Source: an uncultured Acidobacteriaceae bacterium (lineage in GTDB: Bacteria > Acidobacteriota > Terriglobia > Terriglobales > Acidobacteriaceae). From it: a stretch of 52,551 nucleotides of DNA. The stretch's first letter is position 1; the number at the start of each line of letters is the position of its first letter. A program made the translations under genes and the position numbers. Of this stretch, positions 1-9,764 are shown in pieces. The notes under the pieces were generated by a model, which was not told where the DNA came from, searched no databases, and worked only from the letters and a program-made list of their open reading frames with translations. The DNA lies in contig CAZSUK010000497.1 in the NCBI GenBank assembly GCA_964609355.1, positions 1 to 52,551 on the forward strand. The letters run 5' to 3'.

Positions 1-17
1 ATTGTGACTTTGCATCC

Positions 18-2201
18 ATGAAGAATGCGTTTTGGGTCCCGTGGTTGATTCTGGTGGCTACTCGTTGTGTGGCCCAGAGCACCGCGCCTACCTGGTCGCA
101 CCAGATTGCTCCGCTGGTCTATAGCAACTGCACCACCTGTCACCATCCCGGCGGTGCGGGCCCGTTCAGCCTATTGACGTATGAGGATGCGAGGCGTTGG
201 GGCCAGCTCATGGCTGCCGTGACTGCCTCGCGTTATATGCCGCCCTGGCTGCCGGAAAAGGGGTATGGCGACTTTGCTGATGAGCGGAGACTTACTAACG
301 AGCAGATAGCGTTGATTGCCAAGTGGGTGCAAAGCGGAATGCCGAGGGGTGACGCGGCCACCGCGCCGCCCCCTCCCACGTACAGCGAGACGTGGCAATA
401 TGGCAAACCCGATTTGATCCTGACCGTGGAGAAGCCGTTCACCTTGGCCGCCTCTGGAACCGATGTCTTTCGCAATTTCGTTCTGCCCTATCCGCTCAAA
501 CAGACGCATTACATTCGAGCCATGGAGATCCGCCCAGCCGCGCCGCAGATCGTTCATCACGCCAACCTCCTCATCGACCGCACAGCATCGTTCCGCCGTT
601 CTCACCCGGAGCAATGGAAGGACGGGGTTCCTGGGATGGAGCTTGAGGTGGATGCGGGAAACGAGTTCGATCCCGACAGCAATTTTCTATTTTGGAAGCC
701 GGACACCCCGGTTTTGGTTGAACCAGACGGCATGCCCTGGAGACTCGATCCCGGAAATGACCTGATCCTCAACATGCATCTCAAACCTTCCGGCAAGTCT
801 GAGTCGGCTGCGGCCGAAATCGGCCTTTACTTCACTGATCAACCGCCATCGAAACAACCCATGCTGCTGCAGTTGGAGCACGACCTTGCGCTCGACATTC
901 CGCCTGGCGAGCGCGACTTCCTGGTCCAGGATGCCTTGCGGCTACCAGTCGATGTGGAGGTTCTTGGTATCTATCCCCATGCGCACTATCTGGGCAAGCG
1001 CATGGAGGTGTGGGCGACGCTGCCCGATCAACAGAAGAAATGGCTGATCGTGATTCCCAATTGGGACATCGACCGGCAGTCGGTCTACCGTTACCGCACC
1101 CCGGTGTTTTTGCCGAAAGGCTCGATCGTTCACATGCGCTATACCTATGACAATTCCTCCGCAAATGCGCACAATCCTCATGCTCCGCCGGTGAGGGTGA
1201 AGGCAGGAAATCGTTCCGAAGATGAAATGGCGCATCTTTGGCTGCAGGTGTTACCGGTGAATACGCCCGCTCACTCGCCCGATCCGAGATTGTTGCTGGA
1301 GGAGGCATGGATGAGGAACTGGCTGGATAAGGATCCGGGCGACATCATCCCGCTTTATAACCTTGGATCCTCGCTGGCCGGCCAAGGCAGGTATCAGGAG
1401 GCCATCGCCGTTTACCAGCACGCGCTTGCCTTGCATCCTGGGGACGAGCGGATCCTGAATGAGTTCGGCGCCGCGCTTGAGAACTCCGGAGATTGGCACC
1501 AGGCGCAGAAGGTCTTCATGAACGACATTGCCGCCCATCCGGAAACCTGCAATGCGCGTTTCAACCTGGCCAGTTCCGACTTGAAGCACGATCAGGCGAG
1601 TGATGCGGAGCGGCAGTTTCGAACCATGCTCGCACAGTGTCCGGCAGATGCACCGATGCACAGCGGGCTTGGGCTCGCTTTGGAAACCGAGGGCAACACT
1701 GAGGCCGCGGAGGCCGAACTGCGCGCAGCCCTACAGATCGACGAAAACGACTTCACCGCTCTTTTCAACCTGGGAGATCTTGCCCTCAGGGCGAATCAAC
1801 CTGAGAAGGCGGTGGGGATGCTTGAGGCTGCTGTCAAGCAGCGGCCCGGCGATGCGGATGCACACCAACAGCTGGCGACGGCCTATGCGTTATCGGGCCG
1901 TGTCTCGGATGCGGCGGTTCAGTTGCGCGAAGCGATCCGTCTGTCGCCGGCAAATCCCGACCTGCACTCACTCTTGGCGCAGGCTCTAGCCGGCACAGGG
2001 CAATTTGAGCAGGCGATTGCGGAACAAAAAGCAGCCCTTCGCCTGCGACAAAACAACGCTGATGACTGGAATGATTTGGGAGTGTTGGAAGCGAGGGCAG
2101 GCAAAATAACCGAAGCCCGCGAAGATTTCCTGCACGCACTGCGACTGGTTCCCGATCATGCGCAGGCGCGAAACAATCTGCAACATCTTCCGCCTGCTTG
2201 A
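18..2201 (+). CDS. Secreted multidomain protein: N-terminal c-type haem motif, copper type II (PHM/DBH-like) monooxygenase-like core, C-terminal TPR repeats
   Basis: ATG at 18 with a hydrophobic signal-like N-terminus. CTTCH (CxxCH) lies at nt 129-143. His/Met ligand pattern is spaced as in PHM/DBH copper sites (IVHHANL, NMHLKPSG, YPHAHYLG, VHMRYTYD). The last ~290 aa are TPR-like repeats. Confidence 0.8.
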   Translation: MKNAFWVPWLILVATRCVAQSTAPTWSHQIAPLVYSNCTTCHHPGGAGPFSLLTYEDARRWGQLMAAVTASRYMPPWLPEKGYGDFADERRLTNEQIALIAKWVQSGMPRGDAATAPPPPTYSETWQYGKPDLILTVEKPFTLAASGTDVFRNFVLPYPLKQTHYIRAMEIRPAAPQIVHHANLLIDRTASFRRSHPEQWKDGVPGMELEVDAGNEFDPDSNFLFWKPDTPVLVEPDGMPWRLDPGNDLILNMHLKPSGKSESAAAEIGLYFTDQPPSKQPMLLQLEHDLALDIPPGERDFLVQDALRLPVDVEVLGIYPHAHYLGKRMEVWATLPDQQKKWLIVIPNWDIDRQSVYRYRTPVFLPKGSIVHMRYTYDNSSANAHNPHAPPVRVKAGNRSEDEMAHLWLQVLPVNTPAHSPDPRLLLEEAWMRNWLDKDPGDIIPLYNLGSSLAGQGRYQEAIAVYQHALALHPGDERILNEFGAALENSGDWHQAQKVFMNDIAAHPETCNARFNLASSDLKHDQASDAERQFRTMLAQCPADAPMHSGLGLALETEGNTEAAEAELRAALQIDENDFTALFNLGDLALRANQPEKAVGMLEAAVKQRPGDADAHQQLATAYALSGRVSDAAVQLREAIRLSPANPDLHSLLAQALAGTGQFEQAIAEQKAALRLRQNNADDWNDLGVLEARAGKITEAREDFLHALRLVPDHAQARNNLQHLPPA

Positions 2202-2211
2202 ACGAACGCAG

Positions 2212-2691
2212 TCAGCCTGTCGCACGGCTTCGTTCGACCAGGGCGCGCAGTTTTCTCAGTCCACGAAGAATGGTAACTCTCTCGGTATCGCTTGCTGCGC
2301 GCAAAGCTTCTGCCAGCGGGGTGATGGCGAGTTCTGGCATGCGGTTCGCCAGGAAGTCACGCACCTCGCTCGAAGGGGCGATCACGCTCGCGCGGCCATC
2401 GCTTTCATCCCTGCGGCGGATGACCATTCCCCGGGCCTGCAAGCGATCGACAATTCCGGAGACAGTTGAGTGCGCCAGGCTGACCTGCGCACTCAACTGT
2501 TTCAAGCTCAACCCCTGTGACAAGACCAGGGCATGCATCACCATCCGTTGCGGGCCGGTAAGATTCCCACGCGCGAACTCCGTTTCCAGCGGCTCGCGCA
2601 ACCTCTGGCGAATGACGTTGAGGTGCTGGTCCATCTCTTGCGCCAATTTGACCAAAGACTCGTCAGGGGAAGAAGCCTGCTGTTTTTTCAT
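2212..2691 (-). CDS. MarR family transcriptional regulator
   Basis: 159 aa with a winged-helix pattern typical of MarR (LSLKQLSAQVSLAHSTVSGIVDRLQARGMV). Its start abuts the stop of the upstream ICMT-like gene, so they form an operon. Confidence 0.85.
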   Translation of the reverse strand: MKKQQASSPDESLVKLAQEMDQHLNVIRQRLREPLETEFARGNLTGPQRMVMHALVLSQGLSLKQLSAQVSLAHSTVSGIVDRLQARGMVIRRRDESDGRASVIAPSSEVRDFLANRMPELAITPLAEALRAASDTERVTILRGLRKLRALVERSRATG

Positions 2692-3264
2692 TCAGAAGAG
2701 GTAAGGGACCAGCGCTTTCACTCGCTGCTGATAGCTGCGATACTCGGTGCCGAACTCCTCCAGCATAAATCGTTCTTCCATGCTCGACTTGAGCCACATG
2801 GCGAGAAAAAAGACGCCCACTCCGACAAGGCCGCGCACCTTACTCACAATGACTGCTACCCCGAGCAGAGCGAGCAGGAGGCCGCTGTAGATGGGATGGC
2901 GCACGACGGTGTAAGGGCCCTGGCGAACCAGGGTATGTCCCTCTTTTACGCTGACAGCTGCGCTCCAGTTCCCACCCAGCTGAAGGCGGGCCCAGATGGC
3001 GAAGGAGACCCCTATTAAAACCAGAAAAAGCCCAACCGCGCCGGTGATGTTGGAAGTTGGAGCAAAGGACAACGCAGTCCATCCGGAGTGGAAGTAGTCG
3101 GTGAAAACCAGGCTAAAGGCAAGCGACCCGAGCCCTATTTCCAGGACCCGGGAGCTGAGGGGCTGGGTGCGAGCGTCCGGCTTGGTGGTGAGCAGCCCGA
3201 ACAGCCAAACCGCACCCAGAAAAAACCAAAGATCACAGGCGGCTTTGAAGTAATTCAAGAACAT
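2692..3264 (-). CDS. Isoprenylcysteine carboxyl methyltransferase (ICMT/PEMT-like) family membrane protein
   Basis: 190 aa, multi-TM, with the C-terminal signature VVRHPIYSGLLL...E..L..EFG..Y..Y typical of the ICMT/PEMT methyltransferase family. Confidence 0.85.
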   Translation of the reverse strand: MFLNYFKAACDLWFFLGAVWLFGLLTTKPDARTQPLSSRVLEIGLGSLAFSLVFTDYFHSGWTALSFAPTSNITGAVGLFLVLIGVSFAIWARLQLGGNWSAAVSVKEGHTLVRQGPYTVVRHPIYSGLLLALLGVAVIVSKVRGLVGVGVFFLAMWLKSSMEERFMLEEFGTEYRSYQQRVKALVPYLF

Positions 3265-3282
3265 CGCACGCTCCCTTCGCAG

Positions 3283-3316
3283 ATACGTCGTATACGACGT
3301 ATCGTATACGACGTAT
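3283..3316. promoter_or_regulatory. Palindromic operator candidate in the divergent promoter region
   Basis: Perfect 20-bp palindrome ATACGTCGTATACGACGTAT at 3283-3302. The 14-bp unit TCGTATACGACGTA is directly repeated at 3288-3301 and 3302-3315. A perfect TATAAT lies at 3314-3319. The site is 20-50 nt upstream of the ICMT-MarR operon start. Confidence 0.45.
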
Positions 3317-3365
3317 AATAGCCCCGACCGGGCAGCCGATGCAAGCAGGCATCGCCAGCGGTCAG

Positions 3366-3391
3366 GACGTGATAGAAAGACGTGATAGAAA
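3366..3391. repeat. Perfect 13-bp tandem direct repeat (GACGTGATAGAAA x2) overlapping the start of the next ORF
   Basis: Copies at 3366-3378 and 3379-3391 are identical. They share the GACGTRATA core with the upstream palindromes. Confidence 0.6.
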
Positions 3392-3771
3392 ATGGGGACG
3401 CATCGGTAGCCGCGGAGGTCGACGTGAAAATATTGGACCGGGTACTAGGTTGCATCCTGATCCTGGGCGGCATTGGCCACACCTTCGGATCGCTCCAGTT
3501 TTACAAACACGATCAGCTAACGTTACTTTGGTCTCTCTCCTTCAGCCTGTTCATCTTTTTGCTGGGCACCCTCAATCTCGTACGCGCCGGGCGTCCGGAA
3601 GATACAACCCTGGCCTGGATATGTCTTGTCGCCGGCCTTTGCCACATCGCTGCTACGTTGCGCTTCGGCGTGCTGATCGGGAACCTTTTCGATTTTCGTG
3701 TGGTGCTCTTTATCGTGGTCACGCTTGGCCTTTGTGCGATGAGCGTACGCACTATCGTCAGCAATCGATGA
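3382..3771 (+). CDS. Small integral membrane protein, function unknown
   Basis: 129-aa ORF with about 4 hydrophobic helices. GTG start is uncertain (in-frame GTG at 3424 and TTG at 3433 are possible). The overlapping 3339..3776 frame is Arg-rich and looks non-coding. Confidence 0.55.
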   Translation: MIENGDASVAAEVDVKILDRVLGCILILGGIGHTFGSLQFYKHDQLTLLWSLSFSLFIFLLGTLNLVRAGRPEDTTLAWICLVAGLCHIAATLRFGVLIGNLFDFRVVLFIVVTLGLCAMSVRTIVSNR

Positions 3772-3802
3772 TGTGAGATCTTGAATACGCTAGCGAGGCG
3801 AC

Positions 3803-4648
3803 ATGAAATTTGGAGTCAACACCTTCATCTGGTCGGGAACCTTTGATCCATCCAATTTCGGCTTGCTGCCTACGATCAAAGAGGCAGGGTTTGACGGGGT
3901 CGAGATTCCGTTGCTAAGGCCGAAGGAGCTTCAAGCAGCCAGCATCCGCAAGGCCGTCGAAGCCAATGGTCTGGAAACTAACTGCTGTACTGCCCTGGTA
4001 GACGGCCACAGCCTGATCAGCGACAGTCCGGATATCCGGCGGCGGACCCAGCAGCATCTCCGAGACGTAGCCAAAGCCGCAGCGGAGGTGGGTGCGAAGA
4101 TTGTTTGCGGACCGCTCTACAGCCCGGTCGGCTATCTGCCTGGGCGGCGCCGAACCGGCGACGAATGGAAGTGGGCGGTCGAGGGCTTTCAATCGGTCGG
4201 TGAAACGCTCGCTGCCCACCAGGTGACTTTCGCGATCGAACCACTGAACAGGTTTGAAACCTACTTTCTGAACACCGCCGCGGATGCAGCCCAGTTGGCG
4301 AAGGAAATTGGCCATCCGAATATCGGCATCCTGTTCGACACCTTCCATGCCAACATCGAAGAGAAAAATATCGCTGCAGGATACACCACCGTCGGGCCGT
4401 ATTTGAAACATGTTCATACCTGTGAAAACGATCGCGGCATCCCAGGATCTGGGCATGTGGAATGGAAGGAAGTATTCCAGGCGCTCCGTTCCCTCAACTA
4501 TGATGGCTGGCTGACCATTGAAAGTTTCGGTTTCGCGATCGGCGATTTGAGTGCTGCTGCGTCTATATGGAGAGACATCGAACGCACTCCCGAGTCCATT
4601 GCTTTTGACGGGGTACGTTTTTTGAAGCACCAGGTAGCCGAGTCCTGA
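3803..4648 (+). CDS. Sugar phosphate isomerase/epimerase (xylose isomerase-like TIM barrel)
   Basis: 281 aa with typical AP_endonuc_2/TIM-barrel motifs (GFDGVEI, FAIEPLNRFE, LFDTFHANIEE, HVHTCENDRG, ESF). Confidence 0.85.
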   Translation: MKFGVNTFIWSGTFDPSNFGLLPTIKEAGFDGVEIPLLRPKELQAASIRKAVEANGLETNCCTALVDGHSLISDSPDIRRRTQQHLRDVAKAAAEVGAKIVCGPLYSPVGYLPGRRRTGDEWKWAVEGFQSVGETLAAHQVTFAIEPLNRFETYFLNTAADAAQLAKEIGHPNIGILFDTFHANIEEKNIAAGYTTVGPYLKHVHTCENDRGIPGSGHVEWKEVFQALRSLNYDGWLTIESFGFAIGDLSAAASIWRDIERTPESIAFDGVRFLKHQVAES

Positions 4649-4677
4649 TCTGTGTATTCTAGATACCGGAGATTTGA

Positions 4678-6414
4678 ATGACCCAGGTAACCCGCTCACC
4701 CAAGGTGTACGACGTTTGTATTATCGGTTCGGGAGCCGGCGGCGGCACCGCTGCCAAAGTCCTCACTGAGGGTGGTTTGAACGTTGTCATGCTGGAAGCG
4801 GGGCCTCTGCTGAATCCCCGCAAAGACTACAAAGAGCATGTGTGGCCGTATGCCCTGCCTCATCGCGGAGCAGACATAGGCGGCCGCGCCCGCCACGAGT
4901 TGAACGGCGAGTTCCTGGCTCCCAATGGTTTCTGGGAAATCGAAGGTGAGCCCTATACCACCGCTCCGGGGTCGAGCTTTCGCTGGTTCCGCTCCCGCAT
5001 CGAAGGCGGCCGCACCAATCACTACGGGCGCATCTCTTTGCGCGTCTCACCGGCGGATCTGAAGGCCCGCTCCAGGGACGGGCTGGGGGATGACTGGCCG
5101 ATTACCTACGAAGAACTCGCGCCCTATTACGACAAGGTCGAAGAGTTTATCGGTGTCTTTGGCACCAAAGAAAATCTTGTAGACGCTCCCGACGGGGTTT
5201 TCCTTCCGCCTCCCAAGCCGCGCTGCACCGAAACCCTGGTCAAGAAAGCTTGCGATCATCTCAATATCACCTGCATCCCCTCGCGTATGGCCATGCTGAC
5301 GAAGTCAGTCAATGGGCGCGCTCCCTGCCACTACTGTGCGCAGTGCGGACGAGGATGCATCAGTGCATCGAACTTCAGTTCCAGCCAGGTCATGATTCCA
5401 CCGGCGCACGCCACCGGGCGTTTCACGCTGATCCCCAACGCCATGGCGCGCGAGATCCTGGTCGGCAAAGACGGCAAGGCGCAAGCCGTTTCCTACATCG
5501 ACAAGACAACCTCGAAAGAGATGCGGGTGAATGCGCGCTCGTTTGTGGTAGCCGCCAGCGCTTGCGAAACTGCGCGCCTGCTGCTCAATTCGCGCTCCGC
5601 ACAGTTTCCCGATGGGTTGGCGAATTCATCCGGCACGCTTGGCCGGTACCTCACCGATTCTGTGGGTACCAGTCTCACCGGATATTTCCCTCAACTGGCC
5701 GCGGTGGCGCCGCATAATCACGACGGCATCGGTGGGATGCACATGTACATGCCGTGGTGGAAGGGAGATCGCAAGAACGATTTTCCGCGCGGCTATCACA
5801 TCGAGTTTGGCGGAGGACGCCACATGCCCGGGGTCGGGCAGTGGGATGGAATATGCAGCCACTTCGAGGGGTATGGATCGTCGTTGAAGCAAAACGTCCG
5901 CAGCATGTATGGCACCTTCATAGGATTCGCCGGGCGTGGCGAGATGATTCCCAATCCCGATACTTACTGCGAAATTGACCCCAAGGTGGTTGATAAATGG
6001 GGTATCCCCGTGTTGCGCTTCCACTTTGCCTGGAGCGACCACGAAATCAAGATGGCTAAAGACATGCAGGAAACGTTCACCGCCATCATCGAAGCGGGAG
6101 GTGGGACCGTCTTAGGCGGGGGCAGTCGGGACCCGGAAATGTCTCAGAACGACGTGGCCACGGGCGGAAGGCCTTACGGAATCTCCGAAGGGGGAGAAAT
6201 CATTCACGAACTGGGAACGGCGCGCATGGGGGACGATCCGAAGACTTCGGTACTGAATAAGTATTCCCAGGCGCACGACGTCAAAAATTTGTTTGTTGGC
6301 GACGGTGCGAGTTTTGTAACCGGCCCCGATAAGAATCCCACGTTGACCATCACGGCATTATCGTGGCGAATGTCGGACTACCTGCTCGATCAGGCTAAAA
6401 AAGGGGAGATCTAA
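4678..6414 (+). CDS. GMC family FAD-dependent oxidoreductase (gluconate 2-dehydrogenase flavoprotein-like)
   Basis: N-terminal Rossmann motif DVCIIGSGAGGG, 578 aa. C-terminal GMC signature (HELGTARMG ... NLFVGDGASF). A small Tat subunit gene follows 1 nt later. Confidence 0.9.
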   Translation: MTQVTRSPKVYDVCIIGSGAGGGTAAKVLTEGGLNVVMLEAGPLLNPRKDYKEHVWPYALPHRGADIGGRARHELNGEFLAPNGFWEIEGEPYTTAPGSSFRWFRSRIEGGRTNHYGRISLRVSPADLKARSRDGLGDDWPITYEELAPYYDKVEEFIGVFGTKENLVDAPDGVFLPPPKPRCTETLVKKACDHLNITCIPSRMAMLTKSVNGRAPCHYCAQCGRGCISASNFSSSQVMIPPAHATGRFTLIPNAMAREILVGKDGKAQAVSYIDKTTSKEMRVNARSFVVAASACETARLLLNSRSAQFPDGLANSSGTLGRYLTDSVGTSLTGYFPQLAAVAPHNHDGIGGMHMYMPWWKGDRKNDFPRGYHIEFGGGRHMPGVGQWDGICSHFEGYGSSLKQNVRSMYGTFIGFAGRGEMIPNPDTYCEIDPKVVDKWGIPVLRFHFAWSDHEIKMAKDMQETFTAIIEAGGGTVLGGGSRDPEMSQNDVATGGRPYGISEGGEIIHELGTARMGDDPKTSVLNKYSQAHDVKNLFVGDGASFVTGPDKNPTLTITALSWRMSDYLLDQAKKGEI

Positions 6415-6415
6415 C

Positions 6416-7006
6416 ATGAGCGTATCCCGGCGCGATGTTTTGAAGTCTTTGAGCATGGGGGCTGCGGCAACCTCGGTTTTGCGGGTTATCCCTTTGCAGG
6501 CGGCTGAGTATGCCCACCACATGATCAGTACCGAGAAGGCGGAAAGCAAGGCTGGCGTGTACACGCCAAAGTATTTCCCGCCGTCTCAGTATAAAACGCT
6601 GCAGGCGTTATGCGAGAGGATCTTTCCCGCGGACGCTAACTCCGGCGGAGCGATTGAGGCTGGAGCTCCGGAGTTTATCGACCTGCTTACCAGCGAAAAT
6701 CCGCACTATCAGTTGACGCTGGGTGGCGGTTTGATGTGGCTCGATTCGACGTGCACGGATCGATTTGGAAACGCCTACCTCGACTGCACTGCGCAGCAGC
6801 AAACGGAGATGCTGGATTGCATTGCCTATCGTAAGAACGCAGTGAAGGATGCGACTTTGAGCCAGGGGGTCGAATTCTTTTCGTTTTTGCGTAACCTGAC
6901 TGCGGACGGGTTCTTCACCAGCAAGATTGGCATTCAGTATCTGGGTTACATCGGGAACGGATATTTGGCGGAATTCCCAGGCTGTCCGCCCGTTCCAGGC
7001 GTTTAG
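6416..7006 (+). CDS. Gluconate 2-dehydrogenase subunit 3-like protein with Tat signal
   Basis: Twin-arginine leader MSVSRRDVLKSL, 196 aa. It starts immediately after the GMC flavoprotein stop, the usual pairing for this family. Confidence 0.85.
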   Translation: MSVSRRDVLKSLSMGAAATSVLRVIPLQAAEYAHHMISTEKAESKAGVYTPKYFPPSQYKTLQALCERIFPADANSGGAIEAGAPEFIDLLTSENPHYQLTLGGGLMWLDSTCTDRFGNAYLDCTAQQQTEMLDCIAYRKNAVKDATLSQGVEFFSFLRNLTADGFFTSKIGIQYLGYIGNGYLAEFPGCPPVPGV

Positions 7007-7094
7007 CTTTCTCTAGAAGGGTACGAGCTTTAGAGGGCGTGCAAGTGCCGGAAAGGAGACCGCAGGTCCCTCTCCCCCGTTCTCACACTGCACA

Positions 7095-7859
7095 TCAGAG
7101 GCGTCTCTTGAGCCAGGTGAGGCCTTCAGAGGTCCCACCCTTCGGGCGGTATTCGCAGCCGATCCATCCATCGAAGTCGAGTTCGTCTATCAAATCGAGC
7201 ACGTAGTCATAATTCAGTTCCCCGTGATCGGGCTCGTTGCGTGCGGGCACACTCGCAATCTGGATGTGGCCGACGCTTTTCTCCGCCAGGTACTTCCGCA
7301 GCTTCATGCTCACGTCCCCTTCCACAATCTGGCAGTGATACAGATCCATCTGCACTTTGAGTGCGGGGTTGCCCACCTCATCGACAATCGCGTGGGCTTC
7401 GTCCTGCCGATTCAGGAAATAGCCGGGCATGTCACGGCAGTTGATCGGCTCGATCAGCAGTTCAACCCCTGCGGGCTGCGCCAGCGCAGCCGCCCAGGCC
7501 AGGTTGGCGACGAAGGTGCTTCGCGAGCCAGGCCCTAGCCCGGCCATCACATGCACATGCTGGCAGTTCAGTATTTGCGCATAGTCAATGGCATTATGTA
7601 TAGCGGTGCGAAACTCCGCCTCCCTGCCCGGGAGGCTAGCCAGTCCTCGTTCGCCCGCGGCCCAGTTTCCCGGCGGGGCATTGAACAGTGCCTGAACCAA
7701 TCCATGCGATTGCAGCCATGCCGCCAATTGTTGCGCGGTATACTCGTAGGGAAACAGATACTCTACTGCCGCAAATCCGTCTCTGGCGGCCGCGGCAAAA
7801 CGGTCAGGGAATGCATATTCCCCATACATAAAGCTTAAATTTGCGGCAAAACGCAACAT
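7095..7859 (-). CDS. otnI: Hydroxypyruvate isomerase family protein, likely 2-oxo-tetronate isomerase
   Basis: 254 aa, Hyi-like TIM barrel ([12 protein letters not shown]..., EYLFPY, LIEPIN, MDLYHCQ). It is the last gene of a denD-otnK-otnC-otnI string. Confidence 0.75.
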   Translation of the reverse strand: MLRFAANLSFMYGEYAFPDRFAAAARDGFAAVEYLFPYEYTAQQLAAWLQSHGLVQALFNAPPGNWAAGERGLASLPGREAEFRTAIHNAIDYAQILNCQHVHVMAGLGPGSRSTFVANLAWAAALAQPAGVELLIEPINCRDMPGYFLNRQDEAHAIVDEVGNPALKVQMDLYHCQIVEGDVSMKLRKYLAEKSVGHIQIASVPARNEPDHGELNYDYVLDLIDELDFDGWIGCEYRPKGGTSEGLTWLKRRL

Positions 7860-7870
7860 CAGCGGGACTC

Positions 7871-8527
7871 CTACCAGGAAGCGCCAAAATGCTGGCGTAA
7901 CTGCTGTATCTGTTGAGGAGTGAGCGGCTCCGGTTTACAGCCGGAAAGGAGCCACAGTCGCGCGGTTTCTTCCAGCTCTTCGAGCGCAGCCATTGCGCTT
8001 GCGGGGGTGGAGTGCCAAACGTTGGGACCCAACCGGTCCAGCATGACAGCGCGGATGGGTGTGCCCTGTCCCCGCATCCCCTCGATTGCCTGGGCGACCA
8101 GATCGCCCACCGCCGGGTCTCCCGGCCGGTGATATTCGATCAGTGGCACGTGACCCACCTTCATCACGAAATAAGGCGTGAGCGGCGGCAGAATATCCTC
8201 TCGCTTCCACACTCCAGCCAGCGTTAGCGCAACCAGGTGGGTTGAATGGGTATGGATGACACAGCCGGCGTTCGCATCAGCAGTATAGATGCGACGATGC
8301 AGAGCCAGAGTCTTGCTGGCACGATCGCCGCTTACCTGCACCCCGTCTCCACCAACCTTGGCAAGCGCCTCCGGCTCGAGGAAACCCAGGCACGCTTCCG
8401 TGGGGGTGATGAGAAATCCATCCGGCAGACGAACACTTATATTTCCCGCAGTGGAGTGGACATAGCCGCGCTCGAAGAGAGAGCGGCCAACGCGACAAAT
8501 CTCCTGCCTCAACTCCAATTCGTTCAT
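7871..8527 (-). CDS. otnC: Class II aldolase/adducin family protein, likely 3-oxo-tetronate 4-phosphate decarboxylase
   Basis: 218 aa, class II aldolase N-terminus ([14 protein letters not shown]...FLITPT) and metal-site His (VIHTHSTH). Sits between the kinase and isomerase genes. Confidence 0.75.
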   Translation of the reverse strand: MNELELRQEICRVGRSLFERGYVHSTAGNISVRLPDGFLITPTEACLGFLEPEALAKVGGDGVQVSGDRASKTLALHRRIYTADANAGCVIHTHSTHLVALTLAGVWKREDILPPLTPYFVMKVGHVPLIEYHRPGDPAVGDLVAQAIEGMRGQGTPIRAVMLDRLGPNVWHSTPASAMAALEELEETARLWLLSGCKPEPLTPQQIQQLRQHFGASW

Positions 8528-8530
8528 AGT

Positions 8531-9763
8531 TCAGGCCACAAAGGCGAAGGCTTTCGAGAAAAAGTCAGGCGATCCAAAGTTACCCGATTTCAAAGCGAGG
8601 TGAAGTCCACCCGCATAACACCAGGGCACTCCGGGATCAATCTGCGGGCCGATCTGCAGTTGCGTAATCCCCAGAGCCTGCACGCAAACACCTGCTGTCT
8701 CTCCTCCCGCGACCACCAGGATGCCCACGCCGCGCTCTATGAACGCGCGCGCCAGGGCGGCCATCGTCTGTTCAATCAGGGGCGCATTGGCGGGATTGAC
8801 CCGTTCCGGCCCGGCGGTTGAGTAGACGAGCAAAGGTAGCCCAGCTTCCATCTGCCAACAGGCATCCGCCCACGCCAAAGCCTTGGCGATCTGCAGCTCG
8901 AGATCTGCGCTGGGCTGCAATGCGTAGGCCTCGCCACCACTGCGAAGGAAGCGCTCCACCTGCACGTTGGTCGTAGACGAGCAACTTCCGGCGAGGATGG
9001 CCTTTCGTCCGCGCGCCGGTGGCAGGGTAATTGGACTCCCTGGGAGGAAACCCCAATTCCGCGGCAGGCCGCTGCCGAGTCCGGAACCGGCAGTAAGAAA
9101 CGGTGAATCACGCAGCGCTTCGGCAAGTCTGCCCAGATCGTCGTCGCTCAGCGCATCCACAATCGCGATGGAGATGCCTTCGGCTTTCAGCTCATCCATC
9201 CGGCGGCGGATCGCCTCCGCCGATTGCGCCACCGTTCGATAGTCGACCAGTCCCACCTTGCGTCCTTTGGGCGGATTCAGTTGCGCCTGCAGTACCCGCA
9301 CCAGGTTGGCATCGGTCATGGGTGTGAGGGGATGATGGCGCATGCCGCTATCGGAGAGCAGAGTATCTCCAAGAAACAGGTGTCCATGAACCACGGTCCG
9401 CCCGTTCTCAGGAAACGCCGGGGTTGCACTGCTGAAATCACAACCCAGTTCGTCCATGAGCGCTTCGATGACCGGTCCGATGTTGCCCGCTGCGGTGGAA
9501 TCAAAGGTGGAACAGATCTTGAAGTAGATCTGGCCGGCGCCCTGCTTGCGCAGCCAACGGCAGGCATCGAGGGAAAGCTTGACGGCAGCGGCGGCGGCCA
9601 CGGTCCGCGACTTAAGCGCGACCACGACAGCGTCCGCGTCTATTTGTTGACTTGGTGCCGGAACATCTACGCTTAAGACCACCCGCATGCCGGCACGCAC
9701 CAGGTTGTTAGCCAGGTCGGTAGCGCCGGTAAAGTCGTCCGCGATGCAGCCCAAAACAATCAA
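8531..9763 (-). CDS. otnK: Four-carbon acid sugar kinase (DUF1537 family), likely 3-oxo-tetronate kinase
   Basis: Family N-terminus LGCIADDFTGATDLAN. The longest ORF runs to 9856 but would overlap denD by 92 nt. A TTG at 9763, one nucleotide after the denD TGA, gives the canonical N-terminus. Confidence 0.8.
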   Translation of the reverse strand: MIVLGCIADDFTGATDLANNLVRAGMRVVLSVDVPAPSQQIDADAVVVALKSRTVAAAAAVKLSLDACRWLRKQGAGQIYFKICSTFDSTAAGNIGPVIEALMDELGCDFSSATPAFPENGRTVVHGHLFLGDTLLSDSGMRHHPLTPMTDANLVRVLQAQLNPPKGRKVGLVDYRTVAQSAEAIRRRMDELKAEGISIAIVDALSDDDLGRLAEALRDSPFLTAGSGLGSGLPRNWGFLPGSPITLPPARGRKAILAGSCSSTTNVQVERFLRSGGEAYALQPSADLELQIAKALAWADACWQMEAGLPLLVYSTAGPERVNPANAPLIEQTMAALARAFIERGVGILVVAGGETAGVCVQALGITQLQIGPQIDPGVPWCYAGGLHLALKSGNFGSPDFFSKAFAFVA

Positions 9764-9764
9764 C

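Noticed and set aside
7007-7094. Possible terminator/REP copy between the gluconate-DH small subunit and otnI (AGAGGG...GGAGACCGCAGGTCCCTCT).
   Set aside because: Only a 6-bp outer stem and an imperfect inner pairing. The resemblance to the GAGACCTGGG family is too weak to call.
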